Below are positions 62,936-64,000 of a DNA stretch of 64,000 nucleotides, in pieces. The DNA comes from Muribaculaceae bacterium (GTDB lineage: Bacteria > Bacteroidota > Bacteroidia > Bacteroidales > Muribaculaceae): positions 19,401 to 83,400 of the forward strand of contig JAZORR010000013.1 in the NCBI GenBank assembly GCA_045656705.1. Direction: 5' to 3'. The notes under the pieces are model-generated. The model was not told where the DNA came from. It ran no database searches and was given only the letters and a program-made list of their open reading frames with translations. Every line of letters begins with the position of its first letter. The stretch's first letter is position 1. Position numbers and translations under genes: made by a program.

Positions 62936-64000
62936 TCAGCTTATCGCATTCATACCATCTATCAAGTCTTGATAGGTAGCCACTTTGTGGTACTTTACAT
63001 TGGCGGTGGAGATGGAATTGAACAATTTTTCTGCACAGTCAATTTTGGCTCGTTCGATGGCAGACAAATCCATTGACGACATTGAGCCTTTAGTTTCGGC
63101 TACGAAGAATATGTGCTTTACATCGTTTTTCTTCATGGCGATAGCCCAATCGGGAGCATAGTTGCCTACGGGGGTAGGAATCTGGAAAGTGCGTGGGAGT
63201 TTGGCATAAACCACTACTTCGTTGGCTTCGTCAAGGTCGTGTGCAAATTGGCGTTCGCCCTTGCTGTCGCTGAATACATAATCGGTGATATGTTTTTGGG
63301 CTTCATAGGCTCGATCAAAATCCATTTTACTTTTGACTGTGAAAATGTCGCTATCGTATTTACCCTCGGTAATGTTGTAGTGGATAGCCTCTACAATCAT
63401 CGTTGATTTCTGTTCTTTGATAATGCTTATCACCTTACGGATAAACTCTTCCGGATTGTTCTTAAACAAGTAGAGTTTACTTTGCTTTATACCTTGCAGT
63501 ATCTTCACTACGGTGCGGCGAGTGAGGTTTGCACCTTTGGCAATATCGCCAACAAGGTCGTATTTGACAGTCGAAGTACATACATCAGTAAGCTCACGAG
63601 ATTGTGAACGGGTATCGCCAAATTCAGTTACTTGGCTTTCATCCTGTGTTCCCTCTACCATCACATAGCGAAGCTGTTTAACCTCCAAATCTTTGTTGAT
63701 GTATAGAATTGCCTTGTCAATAAGTTCATTGCTATCGTAACTTACCTGATAGACATATTGATGGTTAATTTCATTCCATAAGGCTTGGAACTCTGCTTTA
63801 TTGAAATTTTCATTCAGCTTATTATCGGGTGTAGTAGTCTTTTCCTCAACCACCATATCGTCCAATGCCTTCGGATCAAAGATAGAGTTAATCAATCGAG
63901 TAACACCCTCTGCTATCGGCTGTAGTTTTTGTGGTAATGGAGCAACTGTACCATTGGTCACCGCTTCACGATATTCTGGAGTGATATTCTTTTGATCGTC
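62936..64000 (-). CDS. Type III restriction enzyme Res subunit, C-terminal part (gene continues beyond the right edge)
   Basis: The frame stays open upstream of the track's GTG (63961) to base 64000. The C-terminal nuclease region KLPRTFQIPTPVGNYAPDWAIAMKKNDVKHIFFVAETKG (PD...E-x-K) followed by ...ERAKIDCAEKLF is typical of type III Res tails as I recall them. Confidence 0.65.
   Translation of the reverse strand, partial: DDQKNITPEYREAVTNGTVAPLPQKLQPIAEGVTRLINSIFDPKALDDMVVEEKTTTPDNKLNENFNKAEFQALWNEINHQYVYQVSYDSNELIDKAILYINKDLEVKQLRYVMVEGTQDESQVTEFGDTRSQSRELTDVCTSTVKYDLVGDIAKGANLTRRTVVKILQGIKQSKLYLFKNNPEEFIRKVISIIKEQKSTMIVEAIHYNITEGKYDSDIFTVKSKMDFDRAYEAQKHITDYVFSDSKGERQFAHDLDEANEVVVYAKLPRTFQIPTPVGNYAPDWAIAMKKNDVKHIFFVAETKGSMSSMDLSAIERAKIDCAEKLFNSISTANVKYHKVATYQDLIDGMNAIS

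Larger units (their letters stand above)
56144..64000. mobile_element. tRNA-Phe-linked genomic (defence) island with a decayed integrase; the right end lies outside the window
   Basis: The tRNA 3' end is followed by a tandem repeat, a tyrosine-integrase gene, then an AT-rich defence-type cargo and a type III Res gene. No second copy of the tRNA 3' end is visible in the window. Confidence 0.55.

Overview
The window looks like a Bacteroidota (Bacteroidales, possibly Prevotella-like) chromosome segment. The lineage call rests on SusC/SusD genes, three proteins with T9SS C-terminal sorting tails, TAnnTTTG -7 promoter boxes, and an acyl-ornithine carbamoyltransferase. Most of it is core or surface-associated. 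The left end (1-8.2 kb) holds large secreted proteins: LRR, S8 protease, and a 1059-aa T9SS cargo. Next come an EEP nuclease, a U32 peptidase, and a nonulosonic-acid operon (LegB-like dehydratase, NeuD/PglD-like acetyltransferase, neuB, neuC, neuA). After that are an IS200-like/RAYT gene flanked by inverted REP hairpins, a SusC/SusD/lipoprotein locus, and an M16 peptidase. A housekeeping block follows (HAD, yceD-rpmF-fabH, era, der). Then come a pilin-like/beta-helix lipoprotein, argF-prime, nfeD-SPFH, a 2615-aa T9SS subtilase, polA, a polyprenyl synthase, rnhB and an SDR. Two accessory regions stand out. (1) An AT-rich ~3.2 kb insertion (12.6-15.8 kb) of five small same-strand ORFs sits in the middle of the sugar operon. 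They look like orphan polymorphic-toxin immunity genes, including two paralogues. (2) A tRNA-Phe-linked island starts at 56.1 kb and has a 3'-truncated integrase. It carries an AT-rich block with a tightly coupled three-gene operon: a DUF4297/Cap4-like nuclease, a coiled-coil ABC/SMC-like ATPase, and a trypsin-like serine protease. A divergent stand-alone ABC-type ATPase and the 3' end of a type III restriction Res gene follow. The three-gene operon is my best candidate for an undescribed or variant anti-phage system. All functional calls come from reading motifs by eye; no database search was run.
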